A stretch of DNA of 64,000 nucleotides from Candidatus Poribacteria bacterium (GTDB lineage Bacteria > Poribacteria > WGA-4E > WGA-3G): NCBI GenBank assembly GCA_965205015.1, contig OZ242029.1:4416001-4480000 (forward strand), read 5' to 3'. A program made the translations under genes and the position numbers. Position 1 is the first letter of the stretch, and each line of letters opens with the position of its first letter. The notes beneath the pieces were generated by a model. It saw only the letters and a list, made by a program, of their open reading frames with translations, made no database searches and had not been told where the DNA came from. This document shows positions 20,056-30,008 of the stretch, one piece after another.

Positions 20056-22017
20056 TTAACTAAGCAAGATTCGATAACCCGTGCTGACGCCCGTTGCCAT
20101 TCCAATAAGTGCCCAGATGCCAGCGCAGATCATCTCGCCAAGTACAAGCCCAAGGAATATCGGCCTCGCACCTCGATACATTCTCAATCCCCCGTACCTG
20201 ACGAGACTATACTTCATCATCCAGCCGAGAAAGATTGAGGGCCACAGCTTTAAGGAGGCCCAAGAACTCAGCATTGTATACCCGATTGGATGCAGGGGCC
20301 ACCACACGAAAATCCTTCTCAGCCACATCAACAGCCCCATGAAAAGGCTGCCGCCGACCATAAAACCTGTGTTCGTCCAGTCCGTCCCGGTCTCGGCGCT
20401 AACGAGTACAGACGTCAGCCATCGCATGTCGCCCGCCCCTCCTGTGTACGGCGCACGATGGGCATAGCTGACCTGGAGGACGGAATAATATGAGACAAGG
20501 GTTCCGATAACCATCGCTGCGCCCATCGCTACTAACAACCCCCTCCGTCTGACCTTGACTTCATCGGCCGCCTTGAGACCGTTTGCCACATACGGCATCA
20601 TAATCTCCCGCAAGTCGCGCGTTAGAGAGACCGGATGCATAAACAGCGAGGTCATGGTTGAAGGATTGATTCTCGCCGAACCCAGCGTCGTAAAGAGAAC
20701 GTAATGCGCTGAATACGAAGGATTGACGAAAGGAATTCCGCCGTGAATGACTTGCCATGTCAAGACAATATAAATGCCGAGAAGCACCAGCACAAAAAGC
20801 AGTGCGAATCCCAACGACATTCCCATCAGATGATTGGCAAACGCCAGCAGCAATATCCCGCCGACGAGACCGATAATTGTCAAACCAGCGGGCATCGCCT
20901 CGTTTGCGTCATCGCTTTTGCGAAAGGCACTGACAAGCATGTTTCTGATGTGATGCCGTGCTTTGAAAAGGGTGTAGATGACAAAGGTGAGGCACGCACC
21001 GATTTCCTGAGAAGCGCTGAACGAATACGCGTTCCACTGCACGCCTGGACCTTTGGTGATTTGGAAACCGAGTATCGAGCCGATCAGACATTGGAGTTTG
21101 AAGAAGAGAAAGAAAAACCACAGGCTAAACGATACCTCAAGCGGCAGTAAATAGCTGAACCCCACGATCGAACAATACAAGTTGAGTTGCAAAGGTCTCA
21201 GCGCACTCCAAGGCTGTTCAACTAAGTAGGGATGGGGATTGAATCGGACGGGAAATTCCGGTACGTTAGGGAAGAACGCATGAAGGCCGTTCAACATGTG
21301 AATGCCTACGGGAATGGCAAATCCGACCCATAATACCCTGCTCCTGAAGAGTGAATTTCTCGCGCCCGGTGGATTATTTGCCATCTCTACAGGCAACACA
21401 ACCAGCGGAAAGCTACACCGCTCAATCTCGACCCATTGTCGGCGCAGCAGCACCGAGAGGCATATCACAACGAAGTAGAGGACAAACACATAAAGTGTCC
21501 AAGCGAATAGCGGTATCAGCCATGCCCCCCAGGGGATGGATTCACCCGAAGAGATGCCTTCATAAAAGAATTTGATAGCATTCTCATCCCGAACAACGCG
21601 CCAGTCGGGAATATAGTGATGGAAAAGGGCTTCCCAATCATTTTCGGGTGTCGCAAAATACTGGTAGGCGACAAGCGGGCGAAACGCATATCTCATCATG
21701 CCTGTCGAAGGAATGCCGGAGGCGGCTGCCATGATGCACCAGATCGTCACCAATTCACCCGCCGAGAGTGCGAGTTTGGGAGAAACTGCGCTCAAGATGC
21801 GGTTGCCGATCAGCACGAGGAGGGCCAGGACAAAAAATGGACCGACAGGAAAATGACCGCCAGCGAGAAAGACATTGCGAATCACGTAATCATTGTAAGG
21901 CGCAATCAGACATTCCCCGGCGGCACAGACGAGCCCAATGAGAACTGCCCGCGATGAGATGCTAACAGATTTGCTCGCGGGATTTAAGGAGGTATCGAAC
22001 CGTTTTGACGTGTCCAT
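20056..22017 (-). CDS. Polytopic membrane protein, DUF6785/DUF6784-like (putative transporter)
   Basis: Many TM segments; RRQWVEIER-x-x-FPL; WWPLHPIGY; PIFLGLVLGE. Confidence 0.8.
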   Translation of the reverse strand: MDTSKRFDTSLNPASKSVSISSRAVLIGLVCAAGECLIAPYNDYVIRNVFLAGGHFPVGPFFVLALLVLIGNRILSAVSPKLALSAGELVTIWCIMAAASGIPSTGMMRYAFRPLVAYQYFATPENDWEALFHHYIPDWRVVRDENAIKFFYEGISSGESIPWGAWLIPLFAWTLYVFVLYFVVICLSVLLRRQWVEIERCSFPLVVLPVEMANNPPGARNSLFRSRVLWVGFAIPVGIHMLNGLHAFFPNVPEFPVRFNPHPYLVEQPWSALRPLQLNLYCSIVGFSYLLPLEVSFSLWFFFLFFKLQCLIGSILGFQITKGPGVQWNAYSFSASQEIGACLTFVIYTLFKARHHIRNMLVSAFRKSDDANEAMPAGLTIIGLVGGILLLAFANHLMGMSLGFALLFVLVLLGIYIVLTWQVIHGGIPFVNPSYSAHYVLFTTLGSARINPSTMTSLFMHPVSLTRDLREIMMPYVANGLKAADEVKVRRRGLLVAMGAAMVIGTLVSYYSVLQVSYAHRAPYTGGAGDMRWLTSVLVSAETGTDWTNTGFMVGGSLFMGLLMWLRRIFVWWPLHPIGYTMLSSWASLKLWPSIFLGWMMKYSLVRYGGLRMYRGARPIFLGLVLGEMICAGIWALIGMATGVSTGYRILLS

Positions 22018-22153
22018 TTGTCAGGGTACAGCAAAACTACCCATGCTCTTTCCTGATTTCCCAACCGTCGGTCGTCTGGGTAGGGGGTGGCGCTTTGTTA
22101 CCAAAGTCAGTCTCGACGCTTTGGCTGAAGCCAGATTTTGTCCATATATCCAA

Positions 22154-23278
22154 TCAGTCGAGCGGATTGTCCGCCTCAAGCACGCGGCGTGCCGCAGCGG
22201 AGAGCCTGCCTTCCGCCGCGGCCCGTTCCACCCAATGGGTAGGTATGCCATTTGTCCACTTGGCTGGGCTTGCGTCGGGGTCGGGTGTCCGATACGCGAT
22301 CAGCAAACCCCATCGGGTTGGGGTTCCGGGCTTGCGATGGCCGACATGATGCGGCATGTGATGCGGAAACGAGACCATGCTCCCGGGCGGTAGCGAGAAG
22401 CGTACCATTTCCAACGGCTTGCCGGTGAAGGCGTGGATCTTTCCCTTCAGCCAGCCCGCTTTCATGGCGGCGTCATCATCGGGTCGCTCGGTGCTCCATT
22501 TGTACGGAATGCGGTAGAGATGGGCGCCCGGGATGACCCCAAGCTCCCCACCCTCCTCGAGGGTTGCACCTTCTGGATAGCAGAGCGTCCGAATACACTG
22601 CCGTTGCAGAAACTCGGTGGTCAGGGCGTGTCCGGTACCGATCGGATCTTCGACCTCGTACTGCCCCTGCCGATACTGGTGCGCATGCCACCGCCGTCCT
22701 ATTGAGCCCGGCGTCCGGTTGAGCATGTTGCAGTGGTCGAGGATGAAGCGGTCACCGAAAAGTTTGGTGAAAAGCTCCATCATCTGAGGGTGGGCGGTAG
22801 CGACATCCCTGATGAAGTCGTCGTATCCAATCGAGAAAAATTCCGGCATGACGCCCTGCGACGCGTACCCGCGTGTCACCAACGCAGGACCTGGGCCGAA
22901 CAGCCCGTGGTCGCGCATGTATCCAAGCAGTCCTCGGGGTATGAAGCGCATCTGCTCTGAGCCCCCGCAACACGTCGCCAAAAACTCCGGGGTGATGTGC
23001 TCCGGCAGCGGTGGCTGTAGCCCCCGGCCCGCGAAGTCGATGGCAGCCCAGTCGGTGTCCATGACAATCTCATCGTTCATCTGCTGTAACTTCTGCAAGC
23101 TCTCCGTCCACCGCTTGCGGCCAGCATCGGTCAGTATACCCTCCCACACCCAATAGCCTTCGCGCTCAAAGAATGTGCGGTCAAATGCCTGAAGCACTTC
23201 CGGCCGCAGCAGGTCATGCACGCGGCTTGCTGGGACGACGGTGTCGGTTTGACGCCGATGTATAGATGCTGTGTCCAT
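22154..23278 (-). CDS. PhyH-like 2-oxoglutarate/Fe(II) dioxygenase fold protein
   Basis: FFEREGY, RRWHAH, GELGVIPGAH, PGSMV-x-F-x-x-x-x-PH; visibly GC-richer than neighbours. Confidence 0.7.
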   Translation of the reverse strand: MDTASIHRRQTDTVVPASRVHDLLRPEVLQAFDRTFFEREGYWVWEGILTDAGRKRWTESLQKLQQMNDEIVMDTDWAAIDFAGRGLQPPLPEHITPEFLATCCGGSEQMRFIPRGLLGYMRDHGLFGPGPALVTRGYASQGVMPEFFSIGYDDFIRDVATAHPQMMELFTKLFGDRFILDHCNMLNRTPGSIGRRWHAHQYRQGQYEVEDPIGTGHALTTEFLQRQCIRTLCYPEGATLEEGGELGVIPGAHLYRIPYKWSTERPDDDAAMKAGWLKGKIHAFTGKPLEMVRFSLPPGSMVSFPHHMPHHVGHRKPGTPTRWGLLIAYRTPDPDASPAKWTNGIPTHWVERAAAEGRLSAAARRVLEADNPLD

Positions 23279-23307
23279 TCGATGCTCCTTTGATAGAAGT
23301 TCGACAG

Positions 23308-24915
23308 TTAGTGATTGGCCAATACAGAAGAGCCAACGGTATCAATGGCAGTGCTAAATCCTGGACCTCCAGCCGCCACGTAGCCATCGCTGGCGCCTGT
23401 TAAATCGGGACTGACCCAGAAGGAATATAACTGTCCGTTTGTTAAATAAAACCTAAATTTCACCGGCTTACCCGTTAGAGAAGATACATCGTCTCCTGTT
23501 TTCCACCTGACGAATTGACAGGTCGTATCCTTGCTGATGGGAACGCAGTTTCTATGGGAATATGGTTCAATCACATTGCCTTGATCGCCTAAAATTTCAA
23601 CTTGGAGCATACCCTTTTTTGTATTCGTATTCACAAAAAGATGCTTGCCCTTATTAAATATCATGGGCTTCGTTGTTAAAGATTCAGTCGATAAACCGGC
23701 ATTCATGGACGCAAAACCGTCTCGGCGAAGGATTGCGAGTCCCGTCGTACCGCCTGCATACATATGTCTACCGAGTGTCGGTGATTCTCCCGACCAGGCG
23801 CCAAAATAAAAGTAAATCTTATCCTTCACGACCAAACATCCACCCCCTGCCGCATGGATATAACCCCTATTCCAGGTGCCTTCCTGTCGCGATCCGGCTA
23901 TAAAAGGACTGCGAACAGGTCTATGCCAGTGGAAACCATCGCGGCTATACCCTAACACCAGTTCATTCGTCTTAGGGAATCCCCCTATGGCACAGAGTTC
24001 ATTGGGTGGACCTTTAAAAATTGCAAACAAGCCCAGAAGCACGCTCTCATAGGCAACTGCGTTAACGTCATAGAGCTGAGGTGCGTATCCGAGGTCAGGG
24101 TCCGCTGGGTCGAGTTCATCAGCTCTCGTCCAGAATACCACATCTTCCTTCTTCCATGAACCGCCTTTGATAAAATCCTCGTGTTCGCGATAACTTCGGG
24201 TGCGTCCCAGCGTACGATTCGAGGTCCGAATACTGTAAACCCACTTTTTCCTGAAGGCATTATAGAAGAACGTCGTATTATCCCCACAAGGACCCGTTTT
24301 GACGGGCTGCCCCCAGTGGATACCATCAAATGAGGTATAAACTTCCCCGCCTGACCAGTCAGGAGAACGGAAGTATGCAAACATTTTAAACCTTTGATCC
24401 GGGTCGTCTGTTTCGGGGTCTAACCAGACTGCGACTCCATCTCGCCGATATCCTTTCCTTACCGGAAGGACCCTGTTCGTCGCTGGCGCTACATCTAACA
24501 TGGGTCTATGCCAATGTAAGCCATCTTCACTGGTTGCATACCCCAGACCATCGAACCATCCCGCATGATACCACATTTTAAATAACTGTTCTTCGGCATC
24601 ATAAAAAACGCCGTCATTGAACGGAGAGGCAACCGGATATTTCCCATTATTGATCTCCAGTTGCGTTTCAGGCTTTAAAATCGGATTACCTTCATATAAG
24701 CGTGGGGTGTGAAAATCCCTTTTTAGATCGGTATTTTCAATGAGAAAGTCATCTACAAACAGTTGTCTTCCCTTATCTATATAAATAACTGTCGGGGGAT
24801 TTTCTAAGTATGGTACTGAGATAGGTGAAAGGGTTGTGTCACACAAATTTCGTGGGGGCCACTCTTCCGGCAGACGAATTCCATTATATAGAATTTCTTT
24901 CTCATTATTTTCCAT
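23308..24915 (-). CDS. GH32/43-like five-bladed beta-propeller glycoside hydrolase
   Basis: RQLFVDDFLIE, FKMWY, SEDGLHW, SRDGFHW, LRRDGFAS, VKFRFYL; visibly AT-richer. Confidence 0.8.
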   Translation of the reverse strand: MENNEKEILYNGIRLPEEWPPRNLCDTTLSPISVPYLENPPTVIYIDKGRQLFVDDFLIENTDLKRDFHTPRLYEGNPILKPETQLEINNGKYPVASPFNDGVFYDAEEQLFKMWYHAGWFDGLGYATSEDGLHWHRPMLDVAPATNRVLPVRKGYRRDGVAVWLDPETDDPDQRFKMFAYFRSPDWSGGEVYTSFDGIHWGQPVKTGPCGDNTTFFYNAFRKKWVYSIRTSNRTLGRTRSYREHEDFIKGGSWKKEDVVFWTRADELDPADPDLGYAPQLYDVNAVAYESVLLGLFAIFKGPPNELCAIGGFPKTNELVLGYSRDGFHWHRPVRSPFIAGSRQEGTWNRGYIHAAGGGCLVVKDKIYFYFGAWSGESPTLGRHMYAGGTTGLAILRRDGFASMNAGLSTESLTTKPMIFNKGKHLFVNTNTKKGMLQVEILGDQGNVIEPYSHRNCVPISKDTTCQFVRWKTGDDVSSLTGKPVKFRFYLTNGQLYSFWVSPDLTGASDGYVAAGGPGFSTAIDTVGSSVLANH

Positions 24916-24956
24916 TATTTGAAAGCCTCCTTGCCTCTTCGTTCCCTCGGACTTTT

Positions 24957-26408
24957 TTATTGCTCATACATTGGATTTGGGGGTATGCCCTGATCTCTGA
25001 ATCGCCGGTAATCTCCGCTCCGAATGGGAATAAAATTACCGCGGATGCCGTAGATCCTGCCGTTGAAGAGTTTTACCTCGAGCCGCACCACCTTCTCCAT
25101 AAATTCTGAGACGGATGGGTGATTCTTCCACTTTGGTTTCCAAAAGAGATCATCACCCGTAAACGGTATGCAATCTTCAAAGGTATAACCTGGGTGAGGT
25201 TTCCCATCTGGATCTGTTATCTGAACCCGGACTTCCCCCTGAGGGACCTGGACGTTGAGGGTGAGTTCTTCACCGTGGACGAAGAACAGCCGCGTCGTAA
25301 AAGATCCTGGACCGCCCTGCGGTTCAAAATAGGAAAATCCATCGAGCCTTAACTCGTGGGTTAATATTGCCCCCTCCCCTAAATCCGGACGTGCGTGGAT
25401 CTGGGCGTGTTCTCCCTTTGAGGCACTGGAATAGATCCTGATCTTTTTGTCTTCCGTAATGACCATACTCGATGGGTAGATACAACCATACCCGAATTCA
25501 CCCGGCTCGGCGTTCGGTAAAAACGGCTCTCTGAGGGCTCGCTGGAAGTGCAACCCATTATAACTGTAAGATAGTTGACACCGCACCTTCCCATGTATGT
25601 ACTTATTCGGGCTGTCAACAATCGGGGACACTTGATATATCCACAGGAATCCGACAAATATGCGCTCATAGGGGAAAACGGGCATACCATAGACCTCAGC
25701 GGCTGGCGTATCCTGGGCATCAGTCCGGATAGCCACTTCGGGTTGGGAGAAGGTACGCCAATCCTTGGTTTCATAAACCGAGATCCGGCGATCTCCGCCT
25801 TTCGGCCTTGCTGCAATAACGTAGCTCCCCCGGATAGGGTTCCAAAAACCCGATACCGCCGGGTCTATTCCAAAGGGGTGCCACTTGGCATCTTCGATGC
25901 GTTTCCAAGATAAACCATCGGGTGAAACATACAAAGGAGAGTGGCTTTGGGAGCCTTTTTTTACGTTACTGGCACTGACAAAAGCCTTAATCCGCTCAGC
26001 GGCGTTATCTGTATGGGCATCAAAGAAACACGGACCCCATTCGCCGAACCCTTCAAGCGGAAGAATCTGGTGAGAACACGCACGATCTGGGATTTGTATT
26101 TTATCCGATAGGTCTACAATCTCCCATCTGACGCCATCATCGCTTTCGATGGCTACCGCGACGTGCTGCATCCGACGGCCTGGCCTTGCGTATTGCGTAT
26201 CGAGTTGCCCCTGATACAGACACCGCCAGCGACCGGTATAGGCGTCTACAAAGACAGTTGGATAGCCCCAGGAAGGATCGAGATGCGGGTCGATAAATAT
26301 CCCCTCAGTTACTAATTGAGGACGTCCGACATGACGGACGAGGTTTTCTCGGCGATGCAGGTACCAATCGTCAAAAAAGAGTAGGGTCGAACTCCCGTTA
26401 GTGTCCAT
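24957..26408 (-). CDS. GH32/43-like beta-propeller glycoside hydrolase
   Basis: LFFDD, SDDGVRW, SPDGLSW, YGMPVFPY, LRLDGF, LTLNV. Confidence 0.78.
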   Translation of the reverse strand: MDTNGSSTLLFFDDWYLHRRENLVRHVGRPQLVTEGIFIDPHLDPSWGYPTVFVDAYTGRWRCLYQGQLDTQYARPGRRMQHVAVAIESDDGVRWEIVDLSDKIQIPDRACSHQILPLEGFGEWGPCFFDAHTDNAAERIKAFVSASNVKKGSQSHSPLYVSPDGLSWKRIEDAKWHPFGIDPAVSGFWNPIRGSYVIAARPKGGDRRISVYETKDWRTFSQPEVAIRTDAQDTPAAEVYGMPVFPYERIFVGFLWIYQVSPIVDSPNKYIHGKVRCQLSYSYNGLHFQRALREPFLPNAEPGEFGYGCIYPSSMVITEDKKIRIYSSASKGEHAQIHARPDLGEGAILTHELRLDGFSYFEPQGGPGSFTTRLFFVHGEELTLNVQVPQGEVRVQITDPDGKPHPGYTFEDCIPFTGDDLFWKPKWKNHPSVSEFMEKVVRLEVKLFNGRIYGIRGNFIPIRSGDYRRFRDQGIPPNPMYEQ

Positions 26409-26674
26409 GAGATTTTCTCCTTAATGCGTCAGAAATCTTTAGGGCAGTGTTCTCTCCATGCCTTTCGTGGGCTATCAGAAGAATGGATCCGGGAAAGGGA
26501 TGTCAACCCCAAAAGGAAATGCAGCGCGGGATTACAAGCTCAGAGGCGAAGCGGGAGAATGTGAAGTTAACCGGGAAAGTAAGAAAGCGGTGAAACCTCC
26601 GCCTTCTCACTTCCAAAACTCGGCTTATGCGCTTCGCGGAGCATCCAATCTGCCGTTCGCGCCATAAGTTTCGT

Positions 26675-27487
26675 CTATTGGGAAGCCTGCTTAACCTGAC
26701 CCCATGTGGTCGTGAGGTGCCCCAATGGCGACACTGGGAGAAATTCCTCCATATTATTCATGACCGTCTCGATATCGTCTTCATCCAGCTCGCCTTTGAA
26801 AACGGCGACCTCGTCAATGACGCCGTTGAAAAATGAACCGCCTCTGTGATCACCCATGCTGACGCCGATTGCAAAGCCATTCTCGTGATCAATGCTACCT
26901 TTGACGGAGCTATGGTCAATCGGGTTTCCCTGCTGTTCTCCATCGACGTAGACATATCGCTCACCCTTTGTTCTGCTAAAAACCACCGCAAGATGATGCC
27001 ATTTCCCGTCGTCAAGACCTGCGCCTCTGTTGTCACAAACTGTGACAGGTTCAGTCTGCAGTCAGGTCCTGATCTGTCCGCCGCCGCTGAACTTGACTTC
27101 AAACCCAGTCCAGTCTCCAGCCAGCCGTGTTTTACTCATTACGAAACCCGTGCCCGTATCCGTTTTAAACCAAGCGGTAACAGTAAAGTCGGTCTTATCG
27201 CCGAGTTCAAACGCCTTCAGTTTGTCAGCACTTTCCGTCTCGACCGAGGTCCCGCTGCCATCAAATTCCAGAGCACTGCCGAACTTACCTTCAACCCATT
27301 TCGGTCCAGCTATGAGCTCGCCGTCATTGCCATTGGGTGAGGAATCTTTAGCGACATTTCCTTTACCTTCGTCAAAGAGCCACACCCCGATTGCGTCATC
27401 TATGCTCACTTCAGCTGCGCTGAATAACGGAAACGCAGAAGCCAGACCTACGTAAACCATGACATTTATCACCAATACCCGTATCAT
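26675..27487 (-). CDS. Secreted LamG-like protein, 270 aa with in-frame TGA at codon 142 (candidate selenoprotein; alternatively a nonsense pseudogene)
   Basis: ORFs 27062-27487 and 26675-26986 are in the same frame, joined by TGA plus 25 sense codons (LQTEPVTVCDNRGAGLDDGKWHHLA) that supply the LamG DGKWHH motif; AAGGAGG RBS; tail VSPLGHLTTTWGQVK. Confidence 0.8.
27019..27061 (-). promoter_or_regulatory. Candidate bacterial SECIS element
   Basis: Directly 3' of the UGA: CUGC-aga-CUG-aacc-UGUCACA-GUU-UGUGACA-a-CAG-aggc-GCAG; apical GU begins 21 nt after the UGA. Confidence 0.55.
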
Positions 27488-27554
27488 TGAGAGTTCCTCC
27501 TTACTTTCTGAGATAGAATAGAAAATGGAAAAACCGTCCGCTTACGGCTTAATC

Positions 27555-27731
27555 TTACCTTATAGTAATGGCAAGATTACCATACAGTTTGACAACCGTA
27601 ATGAAAACTGCCAGCCCCTGCATCAGGGTTCTCATATCAGCATCGGATAGAGCGATGTTGCAGAGGGCGACCGCATTGATGACTCTGTTGAAAAACGATC
27701 CTGCTCTGCGATCCCCCAGACTCACGCCACC
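27555..27731 (-). pseudogene. Degenerate 3' fragment of a LamG paralog
   Basis: Translates GVSLGDRRAGSFFNRVINAVALCNIALSDADMRTLMQ...YGNLAIT, aligning to GVSMGDHRGGSFFNGVIDEVAVFKGELDEDDIETVMN...LGHLTTT of the adjacent gene. Confidence 0.7.
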
Positions 27732-27764
27732 GTTTCCACGTTGGTTTCCAAACTGTATTATCTC

Positions 27765-27793
27765 ATTATACCGAACTCGATATATAATGTCAA
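27765..27793 (-). promoter_or_regulatory. Consensus sigma70 promoter
   Basis: TTGACA-17 nt-TATAAT on the minus strand, pointing toward the TGA-containing LamG gene. Confidence 0.75.
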
Positions 27794-27872
27794 GTTAACG
27801 CCTCGATTTCGCCCAAATAAGTTAGTTGTCGATTGCAAAGATAACAGGAGTTGACCCAGCAACACTTCATCT

Positions 27873-27912
27873 TGCATCATCGGCTTTTGCATTAACCTTC
27901 TCCTCCGTTATC
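27873..27912. repeat. 40-bp direct repeat, copy 2
   Basis: 36/40 identical to 20004-20043. Confidence 0.75.
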
Positions 27913-28130
27913 ATCAAATTAAATTTCTCGTGTAGATTATAAACACCGCGTTCTGCAGGAAACCGAGAACCAAATAGTCCCAATTAGAAAAATTGACATC
28001 CATTGTCATTTCGCTTACAATAGTTTTCAAAGAATTCATAGAACGTTCTTCTAACCCAATTTGGACAGCTGATGTTCCAGCGTACTTAAAAACTGCCATC
28101 CATAAACGTCTACGTATTTAGGGAAAAGTG

Positions 28131-29624
28131 ATGGAATCGACCGGAGCGCATTTCAAACGGTTTATCTTTATCTTGATCGATGGGGCACCCTACGAAATCT
28201 TTAAAACGTTGATTGAGAATGGGGATCTTCCAAACATCAAGAAACATGTGGTGGATCGCGGCAGCTTGAACAAAGCCATCTCTGCCTTTCCATCAACGAC
28301 GGGACCTGCCTTTATTCCATTTTTGATGGGGTTGTATCCCGGCACAGCAAATGTTCCGGGCATTCGATGGCTCTCCAAATCCAATCTCCATATCCCTCAC
28401 CGTTTCAAACGTCCCGGCATCTGCAGTTATATGGGGTTTGATGGTTTGCATTTTGAAGCCGATTTGCCCCTAAGTTCTCCCACACTTTTTGATTTTTTTT
28501 CACCCGTCAGCAATATTTATAATCTGCTCGCCCGCGGGTGTCCGCCCTCCAAAAACCTGACGCGCTGGATCAAACCCTTTGCATATACGTACGCACATTT
28601 TTCTCATCGCTGGCGATTCGTTAATCAGATTGCAGTCCGTCACTTACACAATGCCGTTGAAGCAGGGAACAAGTTTGTGATGTGTCTTTTCCCCGCAGTC
28701 GATACCTTTTCACATCTCACAGAGATACAATCCCCACAGGTACTTCAGACGTACCGAGAGATAGACACCGCGGTTGGAAACCTGGTCTATACTTTGCAAA
28801 AGATGAACACTCTCCAAGAAACGCTGATTCTGATTACCAGCGACCATGGAATGACCGACACACATACGCATATTGATATCCCGCAGCATTTAGACGATGG
28901 CGGCTGGCGATGTTTGCATTATCCAAAAGTCTGGCGGCAAGATGCTGTATCTGCCAGCATGGTATCAGGTAATGGGATGACACATCTCTATTTTAAAAAT
29001 AACTCGGATGGAAAGGGATGGGGCGAACGAACACCTTTCGAGGAACTCCACAAAATGGGTGTCATTGGTTCCTTGATTGAACTGCGAGGATTGGGGCTCG
29101 TTGCAGGACAAAGCGAAACTGGAGACATCATCGTCCAGAACCGAAGTGGACAAGGAAGAATCTCCTGTCACTCAGAGTACACAGGCGACGGAGAGCTACA
29201 AAACGTAACGACGACTTTCAAATGCGCAGACGCATTGCGCTTCTCCTACCGGTTTACTGGGAAAGATCCACTCGGTTACGGTGTGTCTTATGAGAATCTA
29301 TCCTCACGGGAAGCACTCCGTGAGACCTACAACAGTCCATATCCAGATGGCATCGTTCAATTGTGGCAGATTTTCAACAGTGAGCGGACGGGTGATCTCG
29401 TCCTAAGCGCTGAGAGCGGTTATGACCTACGCGCTCGCTATGAAATACCAAAGCATCACGCGACCCACGGTGCCTTGATTGCGGAGCATCTGTGTATCCC
29501 GCTTGCGACGAGTTATCCAATCGCAGAACAGTACATCCGGTCCGTTGATGTCTTCCCAACAGTGCTGAGTCTATGTGGACATAACGTTGCGGTGCGTCAC
29601 ATTGATGGTAGGGTTGTTAAGTAG
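28131..29624 (+). CDS. Alkaline phosphatase superfamily / nucleotide pyrophosphatase-phosphodiesterase
   Basis: ILIDGA, FPSTT, D-x-x-SH, ITSDHGM, HATHG, DVFPT. Confidence 0.88.
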   Translation: MESTGAHFKRFIFILIDGAPYEIFKTLIENGDLPNIKKHVVDRGSLNKAISAFPSTTGPAFIPFLMGLYPGTANVPGIRWLSKSNLHIPHRFKRPGICSYMGFDGLHFEADLPLSSPTLFDFFSPVSNIYNLLARGCPPSKNLTRWIKPFAYTYAHFSHRWRFVNQIAVRHLHNAVEAGNKFVMCLFPAVDTFSHLTEIQSPQVLQTYREIDTAVGNLVYTLQKMNTLQETLILITSDHGMTDTHTHIDIPQHLDDGGWRCLHYPKVWRQDAVSASMVSGNGMTHLYFKNNSDGKGWGERTPFEELHKMGVIGSLIELRGLGLVAGQSETGDIIVQNRSGQGRISCHSEYTGDGELQNVTTTFKCADALRFSYRFTGKDPLGYGVSYENLSSREALRETYNSPYPDGIVQLWQIFNSERTGDLVLSAESGYDLRARYEIPKHHATHGALIAEHLCIPLATSYPIAEQYIRSVDVFPTVLSLCGHNVAVRHIDGRVVK

Positions 29625-29926
29625 ACCCGAATCTCACCACGCATTGACAAACCACCCCTCTTCTGTAGGAGCGAGTTGTGCGCGCGACACCTCCTAACAG
29701 CTAAACATCCCTGTCCCTGTGTAAGTATCCCACACATTTTCATTTTTCTGTTACCATATTGCATGTTGATATAACACCAGAGCAGAATCTGGAAATACAT
29801 TAAGTTAAATTGGGTTAGTCTTTTTTTGTTTCATAGGTAAAATTCTCAACCTCATCCACTACTATTTCTCTGTTTTATGCCCAACCATCCAACAGATATT
29901 TTTGCATAAGAATTCCACTTTTTTCC

Positions 29927-29968
29927 AAAATTGTGTTCGCTTTTATCCCGAAGTCGCGTCACTATATA
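29927..29968 (+). promoter_or_regulatory. ECF-type promoter motif, copy 1
   Basis: AAAATTGTGTTCG-N15-CGCGTCACTATATA upstream of an ECF gene. Confidence 0.55.
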
Positions 29969-30008
29969 CCAAATACTACACGAAGCACTTTCCTTTTCGA
30001 GGTTTTTG

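Noticed and set aside
22021-22156. TGA stop of the PhyH-like gene as a second read-through candidate
   Set aside because: No clear SECIS-like hairpin and the downstream peptide has no domain features
26420-26670. Purine-rich intergenic stretch as a possible ncRNA or riboswitch
   Set aside because: No recognisable conserved RNA motif by eye; would need an Rfam/Infernal scan
26758-27102. 114-aa minus-strand ORF spanning the LamG gap, suggesting a double frameshift
   Set aside because: Different frame with no LamG motifs; the in-frame read-through supplies DGKWHH directly
27568-28099. Short ORFs 27568-27798 (+) and 27914-28099 (-)
   Set aside because: No recognisable motifs; the first is antisense to the LamG remnant and promoter
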